A stretch of 64,000 nt of DNA, from the NCBI GenBank assembly GCA_951406725.2, contig OX597827.1, positions 83,948,001 through 84,012,000 on the forward strand, in the 5' to 3' direction. Under the pieces are notes generated by a model. It ran no database searches, was not told the origin of the DNA, and saw only the letters and a list, made by a program, of their open reading frames with translations. Positions 20,600 to 32,947 of the stretch are shown here, one piece after another (the first letter of the stretch is position 1; every line of letters starts with the position of its first letter). This stretch comes from Octopus vulgaris. Lineage: Eukaryota. A program made the translations under genes and the position numbers.

Positions 20600-20822
20600 C
20601 ACAAATGCTGTGGTCATTGAAGAAGGTGAACGTTGAGAACTAGATTGAAAAGATAGGAGTAAATGTGAAGACAGCATCTACAGACACAGTGTTACTTGGA
20701 CCTGCACGAATCCTTCGCAGAGTTTCGAAATGTGAATGAAGAGTATCAGCTTTTGGTCTACTGGTTGTGATGCAGTTGACATTTTGTTACATTCTCCAAG
20801 AAAATTGCTGTGTTAAACAATA
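20600..20822 (+). mobile_element. R4/Dong-type LINE 3' fragment followed by (TAA)n
   Basis: Encodes a VLLGPARILRRV-like R4 C-terminus followed by taataataat. Confidence 0.6.
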
Positions 20823-20849
20823 TAATAATAATAATAATGATAATGATAA

Positions 20850-21200
20850 TAATCCTTTCTACTACAGGCACAAGACCTGAAATTTGGAGGAGGGGAATAG
20901 TTGGTCCCATCGAGCCCCAGTGCTTGGTTGCTACTTAATTTATCAACCCCAAAAGGGTGAAAGGCAAATTCGACCTCGGCAGATTTCTGAACTGAGAACG
21001 TAGCGGCAGGCGAAATACTACTAAGCATTTTGCCCACCATGCTAACAATTCGACCAGAGTAATGATAATCCTTTCTACTAAGAGCACAAGGCCTGAGATT
21101 TGGGTGGGGGTGGGGAGACTTGTCGATTGCATTTCCCTCTGTGTATTACGGGTACTTAATTTATCAACCCCGAAATGATTAAAGGCAAAGTTGACCTTGG
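20850..21200 (-). mobile_element. Two OR-type SINE copies in (TAA)n/(TGA)n
   Basis: gaatttgcctttcacc...gataaattaagta core on minus, twice. Confidence 0.75.
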
Positions 21201-21719
21201 TAGAATGATAATAATAATAACAACAACAATAACAACACCACCACACCAAATACACAGTAAGTACGTAAAATTTATTATTTATGTATACATGCAACTGTTC
21301 ATGCATACATGTGCACATTTTAATCTTTATAAGCAACATAAATAATGCACACACACCCACACACCACGCACAAACATGTCCCGAGCAACGCAAAACCAAA
21401 CAAAGCGACTTTCCACGAAGGGACGCAAAAAGGAGCAAATTAGTCACTGAGTTTAAAACATCACTAAACAGGTATACCGGGAAACAACTACAGAAAGAAA
21501 AAGAAACTGGAGGCGAATTTCGATCTGTGAGCATCATGTGACTACGCTATGACTACCGCTAAAGTTGTAACTGCTCAACAAGGAATGCAGGTTCTGCGAT
21601 ACATTCGATGAAATAATAAACCATTCTGTTTCGCAATGTCTTTTACCGACACTAAGCGAATAGAAAATTCGTCAGTATTTACATTGGAAAATACGTAAAC
21701 TTGTCTCTCTTGCTTTCTT

Positions 21720-22080
21720 GTATGAACATCATCCTGGGCCAGTTATTGAAGGTAAAAATGTCACCATCTTCTGGTATTTTCCAGTCAACACTGACAGAAT
21801 GAGCCAGGCTAATTGATCAGACATAATTATTAAAGACATGGAAGAAACTACTTGTAGTAAAAAAAAATATCTGTAAAAGAATATGACAAACCTAGTAAAT
21901 ATAAAGACATGAAAATTGAAATACAAAAGATATGGCATCTTAAAGCAAAATTGTTCCTGTTATTGTAGGTGTCCTAGGTGTGATTAAAAAAAGGGATGTC
22001 AGAAACATCAAGACAACATCCCAAGAGAACCATGTCTCAAAGAATTCCAGAAGATTCTGCTGACAAGTACTGCCCACAAG
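21720..22080 (+). mobile_element. R4/Dong-type RLE domain fragment
   Basis: Decayed match to the RLE region of 33106..34107 (HHPGPVIEGKNVTIFW...DIIIKD...KYKD...VPVIVGVLG). Confidence 0.7.
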
Positions 22081-22155
22081 TGAATGTCCATTTTTCTCGC
22101 TTTCTACTTGTGTGTATTGAAGTGAATCTTGTGGTGATTGGATGTAGTTGGCGTC

Positions 22156-22740
22156 TTTTTTCTAGCATAGTGGGATCCTGTGCCCTTAATTATAATTATA
22201 TTCTATATAACTATATATCTATATAGGGATTTTACCTAAAAGATTTTTTTATATGCTGGCAACTGATAAAATTCATTAATTTTTAATGATTTTATCCCTT
22301 AATTATGTTTTGGTTTTATCTTTTAATTATGTTTAGATGTATTTCATTCACTTCGGGACAGTTTATTTACTTCTGCACTGTTCTGACCAAATACACACGT
22401 GTTGAGGTGGTCTATGAAATTCGTGGTATAACCCACTGATGAAGGAACAGTTCTTATACTTCTTCTGAAATTGATCAATCTAGGATTATCTGAATTATTT
22501 TGTGAATTGTTTGGTTTGTCCACTTTTCCCACTTTCTCCCTGCCTATATTGAAGTGAATTTTGGACATAGTTAGCATCTCTTTCTAGCATATAGGCACAG
22601 TGGTTTCTGTGCCCTTTATTAATATTATATTCTATATAACTACATATCTATATATGGAGTTTACCTAAAATGTTTTTTATCAGCTGGTCACTGATAAAAT
22701 TCATTAATTTTTCCTGATTTTATCCTTTAATTATGTTAAT
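22156..22740 (+). mobile_element. Pseudo-LTR / retrozyme-like unit: ~170-bp direct repeats around a hammerhead motif
   Basis: Repeats at about 22156-22335 and 22577-22738. CTGATGA...GAAA-ttgatcaa-TC at about 22436-22480. Confidence 0.6.
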
Positions 22741-23287
22741 TCTTAAACAAGAATATTATTGATGATGACTTCGAAGCTTTGACCGGTTAACCCATTAATT
22801 ACAATAACACGCACACACACACATCTATTTATGTATCATACTTAATGTAAATACATCATTGAAAGGCAAGCTACTGCAAAATTCGTCTGAGCTGGCATCT
22901 CTTATGGATGAGCTATGTTTAAAAGTACAATATATAACAATATATACAATATACAATATATAAACGAAAATCGTCCCAGCAGGGTTAACAAGAACGCCAG
23001 ATGCATTTTGGACCTCTTGGACCATATCAATAGTGTGTACTTACAACCAGCCACACGCTTAGATTAGATTTCTCGTCCCCAACATGGGAACCTGCAGATA
23101 AAATACTGATATTATGAATGGCCGCTCGGCTGAATCAGAATGCAGCTGACAAAAATGATTATTGTGGTGGGTTGGCTTTCTGTCCAGTGGGGAGTACATA
23201 CACCTGAGAATCCAGGAAACTGGCTCTCCAGAAGAAGCTATGGTATTCAATAAATTATTTAATGCACTATATATATATTTATATATA

Positions 23288-23738
23288 CATGGTTTGATCA
23301 ATAAATATCCGGACCGTTGCCATAGTAACGAACCTAAAGCACGTAGAGTGAAGCCGATTGACCTTCAACTCTGCTGTGCAAGTGCACTAAGCTTTAACGT
23401 TCTAGCTCTCTTCTGCTGTTTTTAGCAGTGCTTGGAAGGAACGTGTGTAGCGTGTGATCGTCACATTGACCATGACAGAGAAAACTGAGCAGAGAAATCT
23501 GCATCAAATTTTGCCAAAAGCTTGGCGATGCTTGCTCAGAGGCCTAAGCAAAGTTTTCAAAATGTTTTCATAGTTCTTGACACAATCAAGATCTTGTGCA
23601 ACTGAAACCCAAGTGTCTTTTTGATCACATGAGAACAGTTTTGGCACAAACTTGGCAGACATGTGTCTCACACCCAAATCTTCAATGATAATGGACTGAA
23701 CTGAACCATAACTAATCTGCACATCCTCTAATAGCTCA
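23288..23738. mobile_element. Rearranged mariner relic (5' end on +, internal transposase segment on -)
   Basis: + strand gives MTEKTEQR/ICIKFCQKLG; - strand gives ISYGSVQSIIIEDLGVRHMSAKFVPK (mariner WVPH-linker region). Confidence 0.7.
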
Positions 23739-26700
23739 AGTTAGAAATCGGGTAACAGGTTAAATCTGTCACTCATGCAGTCCATGGTGGGGTTCAAGCC
23801 CAGAATTCGGTAAGGTGTCCCATTTAATAATCTAGTGATTCCACAGATCTCCCTTCCACAAAGAAGAAAGTTGACCTTGATAAGATCTGAACTTAGAACG
23901 GATGAAAGTGACAGAAATTCCACACAAGAGTTTGTCTGATGCTCTAAACAACTCAACCAATTAATTCCTTTTGAAATGATCCTCACAGAAAATTCGCCAC
24001 AGCTTCTGTCAATTTGTACTCAAAGTTGTTTGGTTTTTATTGAAGTTTGAGCAGTTTTTGTTGAGATCAAACTAATTATGTTTAAATATGTAGAATTGAT
24101 TACTGTTTTCCTTATAATCAATTAAGCCACTAGTTCTACAGAACTCTGGTCAGCGATTGCTGCAAAATAGCGAATTAAATCATTAGAACTAAAAGTATTG
24201 CTACACCATAATATGCAAAAGCTCTGCCTGCTTCGACGAACGCTATCCTCCGATCCTGGTTCAAGGCACACTGCTGCCCGGTCAGTCTCACTTTCACATG
24301 GACACCATCAAAAATATTTCAACAGTCCAGACAGGTTTCGTAGATTTAGTTTATTTGTAGCATTATTTCACTGAATCAATTTAATGACATTTAACCAATT
24401 TTCCAAAGAAACTCTCAATTATTCGATCTGTCTGTCTATACTGTTTCTAACAATAATTTTTGAATGATAATTAGTAATTAGCAAGACCATTAGTACTTAA
24501 TCATAATCAAAAACTAAGGAGAATTTAAACCAATTGAAATTACAGTCATGTTGAAAAAGGATGCCAATTGTATTAGTGACAAATATTGGCAAGAGAATGC
24601 TAGAATCTAAAATGGTAAATAGTGACAACTCTGGACATGTTTCAGTCTTAACAGACCTCCTCTGTGAAGTACTGTCTAGCACAATCAACAGATCAAGAAT
24701 GTATTTAAAGTAGACAGAGATTTTGTGTGAATGTCCAAAATGAGGAAATCTGATCGAGGTCAACTTTGTCTTTCTTCTTTCTGGATGGGTGATTTGTGGA
24801 AACTCTAGATTATTAAATGGGATACCTTACAGTAGTTGTTCCGGTTCTTTGAATTCTGGCCTCGAACCCCACCGTGGACTGCTTGAGTGATAGATTTAAC
24901 CTGTCACCAGATTTCACACTTGTACCTGGTTGTTGGGTGCTCATCCGTTCCAAGAACGTAGTTCAGATGTCCATTTGAGGATTCTTACCCGCTTGCCATC
25001 CAAGTCTGAGAAGCCATGTAAAGAGCCGTGAGTACTTTCCCTTCTGACTATGGAATAAATTCTTTTAAAAAAGAGAAATATTTTTATCAGAAATGATATT
25101 GATTGTCGAGGAATTCGGGTTTTAAGAATTAAGTGTTGAATATTTAATATGTCCACAAATAAATTTTCTTGACAGGAAAAATTCCTTTTAGGAATTGGAA
25201 TACATAAATAATAACATGTAAATATTAGGCTGAAGAATCCCTTTGCATACAAAAAAGTTGAAAGCTGCCCGTGGGACACGAACCCCATATCTGTTATGTA
25301 AAGCATTAATGCGTTTCAAGATCAAATTCCCATAAAGAATTCATGTTTCCTTAAAAGTTTATAAATTCTTGACTTTTCTTGAAAAATTTTTATTCAGGAG
25401 GGAGGCATTTTTTGTTTATTCCTTTTCAAAAAGATCAACAAAATGATGACTGCATCTCAAGATATAACAGAAACTTCAGCATTTTGTTTGATATTTAGTT
25501 TATATATTTGATAATAGATTTATATATTTCATTGCTAGTCTTATCTAACACCTATTAAAACTACCATCGTTCAAGTTTTATGAAATCTGATTTTTAAAGC
25601 CGCAATTTTGGATGACACCCAAATGGATTTTAGTTGTGCCTGGAGTTATTTCCCTTTACTCGTTGTTCTACTTTATTTGCCTCGTGTCGTTAACAACTGT
25701 TGACCGGTAAAGTGATCCACAAAAAGCATCTTTCAATGGAAACGACTGAAATAATGGAGGTGCTTTTATCTGGTCCCTCGACAAATCAGAAATAGAAATG
25801 AAATGTCGCTCAAATCACATCTTGAAAAAAAAAAAAAAAAATGAAGGGGACGTTCGTCTTAGCTATACTTGATATTTGAATGAAATATAGGATGGCCACA
25901 ACTGGAATGTCATTGATTATATGTCAGCTGGATTAGAAGAACAACCATATGCGTTAGATATAGCAGTGAAATACCTTCGGAACCCAGCCTATTACTGATG
26001 GCTGCATTATACATAAAGATAATATGGTTGTTGTTGGAACAATTCTATTGAATTAGAGCTGAAAGGCAACTTGGCGAGGCAGGAATGGCATTTCAATTTG
26101 ATTTCTTTTATGATAGAAATTCTTGAGAAGAATAGCGTCGTGAATGGTCGTTTCCAATGACTCGATTCCCAGTTTCCTACATTCCTGACAGTGTTAAACG
26201 AGTGTCCGTGTCACGCGGCGGAAATCATTCCATCAAACAATTTTTTCGATGCAGCCATTTATTAGGTTTCTCCCAAATCTGTATATCTTTTGCACGCGCT
26301 TCAGTCATTAGAATGTAGCCACTCTGAAGCACTGCCTTCTGAGGGAAATTTGGCTGCAAGAAATAGCAGCCAAAATCTCCATCACATATCCGCAAATATA
26401 CCTAAACTTTAAGTGCTTGTACTATTGATCTCTTTTTGACCCTCAGTCAAGTTATAGGGATGTAAACAAAGCAACACAAGCGGCGGGTACTCGCACAAAG
26501 ATTTGGCTGCTATTTAGTGCAGGGTTAGCTACCACCCAGGAGTCTGTCTCCTTCACACGCACACACGACTGCGATTTGAAGAAGATTTGTCTATTTCTGT
26601 GCGAAGGTACGTGACTTGTGGTTATGGAGCTGAGCTCATAATCATAAGGTGCGTTGTATCCTTCAGCAAGGCACTTCATTTTCCTTTGCCAGCCGAGAGT

Positions 26701-26789
26701 TGGAGCATTCCTCTCTTGCTGTTACATCCTTGACGTTCCGCTCTGTCAACAATAAGACGATCACGTAGGTTCCTTTCCTGCTAATGATT

Positions 26790-28692
26790 ACATCAGTACT
26801 TTAAAAACTTGGCCGGCCTTCTGAAGTAGGATCCGTGGTTGGAGAGGCGTTGCTTGAATGTGTTACCGGAGCAACCGATGCATCTCCGTGGTCGGGTGTT
26901 GACGATGGTGTCTCTCCCGTCACTACTGGGGTTGGTAATGGTGCTGTTGTTGTTGCTATGGTCGTCATCGTTGATGGAGCTGCTGTCACTGCTGTTATAG
27001 ACATCAATGGCTAATTCCGTTTGGCGATGCTGTCGTTGTTGTTGTTGCTATCGCTGGTTCTATTCGTGTCTCTGCTGCTGAGACTATTGCAACCGTGGAG
27101 CTTGCTACTGCAGTAGCCGTTGGGCAAGCTGCTGATGGGTTCGCAGTGGCCTCTCACTGGGCATCTGTTGTGGTCCATGCATGAGCATGTTGCTTCCGCT
27201 AGTGGTCCAGGGGTGTTAACTAGAACGCTCTTAACATTGGGGGCACAGCCAAAAGAGACCCTAAGGTTGTGCCTGTTGAAAATGTGTCTATACCTATGTG
27301 AACCTGTGAAATGTTTATCTATTAACTTAAGGAATATCCTACCTACAGACGTTTCTACGTTAAGAGAGAAGGGTGGGGACAAACCAAATGATATTTCTGC
27401 GATACTTCTACGGATGTTGGGGCCCAGCATGTAGGATATGCGGTCCCTAAATCCGGTAGCAGCTAGAGCCTCGTTGTAGTAGGAGGCTGCTGCATCAAAA
27501 AAATCTCTTGACTGGAGGAAAGGTTCGTGATCCTATTGCTAACATTCTTCACCAGGTTTTTGAATACAATGGGTGGGTGACAGGAGGCTGTGCTGATGTA
27601 CGTCAGCCTCTCATTTGGCGATAGGGCCCTTGTGTACCGGAGCCCAAGTCGAGCGTGACGTCTTAAGAAGTCCGCGGGGTGAGATTGGTCTCGAAGGTAA
27701 TTTTCAGTCCCATAGATCCAAGTGTGCTAATTAGATCTTTCCTAAGCCTGTCTGGGGTAGGCCCTTTTGCTTCTCTAAAGATGGCCAGGGCGTCATCTCT
27801 GTAGAGACCAAAGAGGACAGAGGCGAACTTTCTCTTAAGGGTATCAGTGATATACAACTCCATGACGTCACATATATCAGCGCTGTCATAGGACCCCATC
27901 GCTACGTCAAAGGAGCCCGCGGGGTCGGATTGCTTGACCCAGGTCGAACCGTTATTGAATAGTACTGCGTTCCTGGCGTGCATAATGACTTCTATATCTC
28001 TGTCGTTAACTTCAGTGAAGCTCTTAGCAAAGGAAAGCTCCATGACCAGTAACCCTTTTGATATAGATGGGTAAAAATCGACTTTCAACCTGGGTGAATT
28101 TTGCTCTGCCCCCTCCCCTTGTTGGTATTCAACCATGCAATCACCTCGTTGGTGCTACACCATAGCGAAAGGTTGGTGGCTCTTCTTATGTCGTTATTGA
28201 TGTTTCTCAATATATACTTGTTCGCTAAACCGATCTCGGATTTGGCCGGATTAATCAAGCGGCATTTAAGGTTTGAGGCAAAGTTTGGTTTATTATCTTT
28301 GATGGTAATAAAGGTGTTCCTTTTATCTAAGATCTCTACCCTTTCAGCTATATCTAAGTCGTTGGTTAATTGTTTGGCTTCACAGTTGATGTTGTATGTG
28401 TGGTGGGGAAGTGCGCCTATAATTCTGTGTAATATTATTTTATTGTAGTCTTATCCGAAAAGGTTAGGGGTCTATCCGAGTTTCTTAGCAATCTGATGTT
28501 GGCACCGATGTTACGTTGGAAGAAACAAGAGGGCTTATGGAATTTTAGCTTGGAAAGGATGCCTTGTAGGTCGGCTTCAAAGGCCTCAAGGTCCTTGATC
28601 TTGGGTTGGATATTTCCTAGATTTGATCCCATAGGTGTTGCTCTCCGGGAATGGCGTGGCTAGGTCGTAGTAGAAGGCTTTCCATCTCATTC
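26790..28692 (-). mobile_element. Penelope-like element, Naiad type, decayed
   Basis: MRWKAFYY, FITIKDNKPNF...CRLINPAKSEIG, DFYPSI, FDVAMGSYD, GLYRDD, PPFSLNVETSVGRIFL, and CSCMDHNRC (CxCx5C). Confidence 0.85.
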
Positions 28693-28699
28693 ACCTAAT

Positions 28700-29105
28700 T
28701 TATTTCTTTATTGCCCACTGGGGGATAAACATAGAGGGGGAAAACAGGGACGAAGGGATTAAGTCTCTTACATTGACCCCAGTGCGTAACTGGTACTTAT
28801 TTAATCGACCCCGAAAGGATGAAAGACAAAGTCAATCTCAGCGGAATTTGAACTCAGAACGTAAAGACAGACGAAATACCTACTTCTTTACTACTCACAA
28901 GGAGTTAAACACAGAGGGGACAAACAAGGACAGACAAACGGATTAAGTCGATTACATCGACTCCAGTGCGTAGCTGGTACTTAATTTATCGACTCCGAAA
29001 GGATAAAAGGCGAAGTCAACCTTGGCGGAATTTGAATTCAGAACGTAACGGCAGACGGAATACCGCTAAGCAGTTCACTCGGCGTGCTAGCGTTTCTGAC
29101 AGCTC
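28700..29105 (-). mobile_element. Dimeric OR-type SINE
   Basis: Two head-to-tail units with junction gtaaagaagtaggtatttcgtc. Confidence 0.8.
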
Positions 29106-30507
29106 ATTCACTTTATTATGTCCATCATTTCTTCTAGCAGTATTCGAGGCTACAGCTCATTAGATGGTATAGGTATATTCTCAGTGGTGTAGTCAAGGTC
29201 AAAACGTTTCATATTCATGAGAGACCAAGTGTTTCCGTAATATGTATAAGCATGGCCTGCTGGTCAGCTATTTAACACAAACCACGTGGTCTTTGTAAAA
29301 CACTGGCCAGGGAGCGAGATGGATCGTCGGTAAACCATAAATCCGAGAAAAAAAAAGGACACTCTAAGTTATAGAGAAGTATATAATATAAATAAAGTTA
29401 GATAAGGCCTCTTTATGGGATTGCCCTGGGTTTCACGTCCACAAAGCGCTTAGCTTTATGGCGATACATTACGTCACTAGGCAGCCATATATGGCAGCTG
29501 AAAGACGAAGCGATTCCATACACAATAGCATGGAGAATCCTCGAAAATCTAGGCTCCTCCATACGTTGTAAACTATGTATAGTGGAAGGATTCTAAAGGA
29601 CTCCCTCGACCCGGGGAATATCCTTAACTCCAGAACGGAGGTCTTCGGACCGTTCTTGCATTTCAAGAAATTCCTGCTGGCCTACTGGAACCCACAAGAT
29701 AATAGGATCACTTGTGATCGATAGCCAAAGGGAAACAATCCCCAGTTGTTGACACCGAATGGCAAGCTCCTTTCCTCCTCCATATTTTAGAAAGGCCATA
29801 AGTCAACCGGTTATAATTGTAGAATCGTTCGAGTAAATAAGGGATTAAGAAATAATGCGTGAAACTTCTCCCAGACTTATTTCTTAATCCCTGAAACTAT
29901 GTTTGAATTTTAAATTCCACGCTCTAAAGTAATTCCTCACATTTTGCTTGTTCATTTTTGTCTTCCCAATAAGCATCTATGATGAACCACTTGTAGCCAT
30001 TCTCTGCTCGACAGCCAAAGCACCACTCTTGTTTTAGTTGCAGTTGAAATCAGAATTTTAATGGTAATCCAGCCTCAGTACTTATCGTAATTCCCCATTA
30101 CGTTGCATCATGAGACGGAATTTTTACACACACACACACACCGGTGGGATGCAGTTTGGTTAAGTGATGCTATTGGTTGGGCGGTTTGTTTTGAATTTTT
30201 ACAGGTTTCTCCTCTGACATCTTTTTGTTGTCTCCCGTCTCATGCGACAACACTCTGAAATGTTCTTTAAGCTCTGACACATTCCATAGTAACTCGCCCC
30301 CCCCCCCCTATTTTAATGGAGCTGTATGAGTCGACTGACTGTGACGACGGCGACAAGCTGGTTACAGTTGCCATTTATTTACACTTTTCACATCGATAAT
30401 CTCTTCTTCTTTCTCGGGAGAGTAGAGAAAGGGAGATAACTGTACAATAAGAACTTTTTTTCTTAATAGGCACACAAAACTGAGAATTTGAATTTAAACG
30501 CATTGCT

Positions 30508-30580
<73 letters not shown>

Positions 30581-30831
30581 TGTTGGCCAACTGGTATATA
30601 TATGGTATTGGTAATGACCTACAAATATATATCCACTTGGTGTTGATCAAGTGCAGTGTGTATATAATGGTATTGCATGTGTGTGTATGTTAAGGCGTTG
30701 ATCAACTGAAATAATAAACAACAAACAAGTGAAAAAATAATTTTAATTAAGAAGACAGATTAAGTAGAAAGAATTTCTTTAACGCTAATGTACGCGTGCA
30801 CACACACACACACACACACACACATTTTCCT

Positions 30832-30957
30832 TTACAAACGAGATAATGTCTCTTCAAACATTTTGTTTTTATCTTCAGTTTCTTGAGGCAAAATGTTGCC
30901 ATTGTTGGCGGCGAATCTTGCAGCAAAGCATTTCACAATTCTGGCACTCAGCGGAGC
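30832..30957 (-). CDS. SH2-only protein, last coding exon (APLSARIVKCFAARFAANNGNILPQETEDKNKMFEETLSRL*)
   Basis: Acceptor tttcctttgttttcag|GCT. Phase 0 matches the preceding exon. 126 bp open to TAA. Supplies the Pro of the SH2-closing KLTQQAP. Confidence 0.75.
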   Translation of the reverse strand, partial: APLSARIVKCFAARFAANNGNILPQETEDKNKMFEETLSRL

Positions 30958-31527
30958 CTGAAAACAAAGGAAATATTTGCTAAGATCAACAAATCTCACT
31001 ATTTACATAAACTTTTCATCCAAACATTACAAGTCAACTTGTTTCTAAGAAGTTGCTCAAATTGCTAGAAGTAACAGCTAAAACTCCCTCAAATCAAAAC
31101 CTACAAACATAAAAAGGAAGGCCATATTGAGTAATGTGATCCTGGTTAAACTCTGGAAAGAGAAATTTTTGGTCACAGTTGGGACACACTAACACTGACA
31201 GCTACAAAATAGGCTATATATTCCTAGATACACTATGCCTGAATAAAAGATAGGAGAGATGCATTTGGAATAGTTTTAATCATAGGCTTGTTGAATCAGA
31301 CAACAACAGAAACCAAATGACAGCCTTTCTGAATTGAAAGATTGGTCATGGCTGGAATGTATTGATCATGGATTCACTATCTTTTGATGAACGACAGAAT
31401 GGTCTAATAGGAATACTTTTGATCAAAATGGCTCCTAGATTAGGAATAACCTGAGTCTAAACAACAAGAAGAACATTAATAAATGAAAATGTTTGAAAGT
31501 AATCAGGAAGAAAGGTTAAAGATTTAC

Positions 31528-31669
31528 CTGTTGTGTTAATTTGATACCGTGGAGTTTATGCTTTCTGTGGTAAAGTACGATAGAATCGAGATATGGGTAG
31601 GGTTGTTTGTCCAGATAGAACAGACCATCACTTTGTGTTACCATATGATGTCGCAACACATCGTCACTT
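31528..31669 (-). CDS. SH2-only protein, exon encoding the C-terminal half of the SH2 (SDDVLRHHMVTQSDGLFYLDKQPYPYLDSIVLYHRKHKLHGIKLTQQ)
   Basis: CTAAT branch-like site + ttcttcag| acceptor; CAG|gtaaat donor; phase 2 to 0. Matches the SH2 betaD-alphaB-betaG pattern. Confidence 0.88.
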
Positions 31670-31789
31670 CTGAAGAATAGACAAATTAGAATTATAGATG
31701 GCAATTTAGTCGAAAGAAATTAACATTTTGCAGAAAACAACTTTTACAGCAATTAATATTGGCAAAAACCTGAGATTTTATTAAGGCAA

Positions 31790-32610
31790 AGCCACCAAGA
31801 TTGACTTTGCTTTTTATCCTTTCAGGGTTGATAAAATAGGTTCCAGTTAAGCATAGGGGTTAATTAATTGACGAGCCCCACTCACAAGCCTTGTGTCTAT
31901 AGCTGAAAGGATTATTATTACAGCCATGAACTGGCAGAATCTGCTGGACAAACTGCTTAGAGGCATTTTATCCATATTTATGTTCAATTCTACCGAGGTC
32001 AACTTGGACTTTCATCTTTCTGAGTTGATAAAATAAATTCTAGTTGAGCACTAGGGTTAATGTAATCAACTTAGATCCTCTCCTGAAATTGCTGCCACTG
32101 TGCCAAAACTTGAAGACATTATAATTATTATTATTATTATTATTTCAGTTTTGCTTCCATTTTTTGCTAAGTGTCTTCCCAACACCTAGGGCAAAGAAAC
32201 ACACTAGGCCATTAAAATAAATGCACTAAAGTCAAATTTTGTGAGAGAAAAAAAGAGAAAAAGGAAAAGGAAAAGCAAACCAAATAAAAGAAAAAATTAA
32301 AATCAAAAGGAAAAGGGGAAAAAGAAAGAAAATCCCAGCAAAAATGCTCTTCTCAATATGTGTGACAAACCATTTTATTATTATTATTATTATTATTCAA
32401 GGTGGCGAACTGCCAGAATCATTAGCAGGCCGGATGAAATGCCTAGCCATATTTTGTCTGTCACTATGTTCTGAGTTCAAACTCCACCAAGATCAACTTG
32501 GCTTTCATCTTTTCAGGGTAGATAAATTAAGTACCAGTGAAACGCTGGGGTCAATATAATTGACTAGTCCCCTCCCCCAAAATTGCTGCTCTTGTGGCAA
32601 AATTTGAAAC
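31790..32610 (+). mobile_element. Three degenerate OR-type SINE copies
   Basis: gactttgc...gttgataaa / gagttcaaa cores with (TTA)n spacers. Confidence 0.65.
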
Positions 32611-32619
32611 CATTATTAT

Positions 32620-32930
32620 TATCATTGATGCCAGTGTTGCATAACTGGCCCATTTAAAAGTACCCTTCAATCGTGGGGCAATATGCTGTGCTTGAGAAGA
32701 CCTGTTGAGCCAAGTGAAATCATAGTTTTGGTTGATGCCAGTGCTGCCTAAATGGCACCTGTGCCAGTGGCACATAAAAAGCACCCACTACTACCTTGGA
32801 GTGGTTAGCGTTAGGAAGGGCATCCAGCTGTAGAAACCTTGCCAGATCAGATTGGAGCCTGGTGCAGCCTCCCAGCTTGCCAGTTCTCAGTCAAACCATC
32901 CGACCCATGCCAGCGTGGAAAGCAGATGTT
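32620..32930 (+). mobile_element. Meta/MESC-domain SINE
   Basis: gcgttaggaagggcatccagctgtagaaac. Confidence 0.65.
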
Positions 32931-32947
32931 AAATTATTATTATTATT

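Noticed and set aside
23317-23330. X-box-like GTTGCCATAGTAAC (also near 43408-43440)
   Set aside because: Lies inside mariner relics; no promoter evidence.
31670-31704. MPSIILICLFF start of track ORF 31516..31704
   Set aside because: Intronic (branch site and polypyrimidine tract); the real exon starts at 31669.
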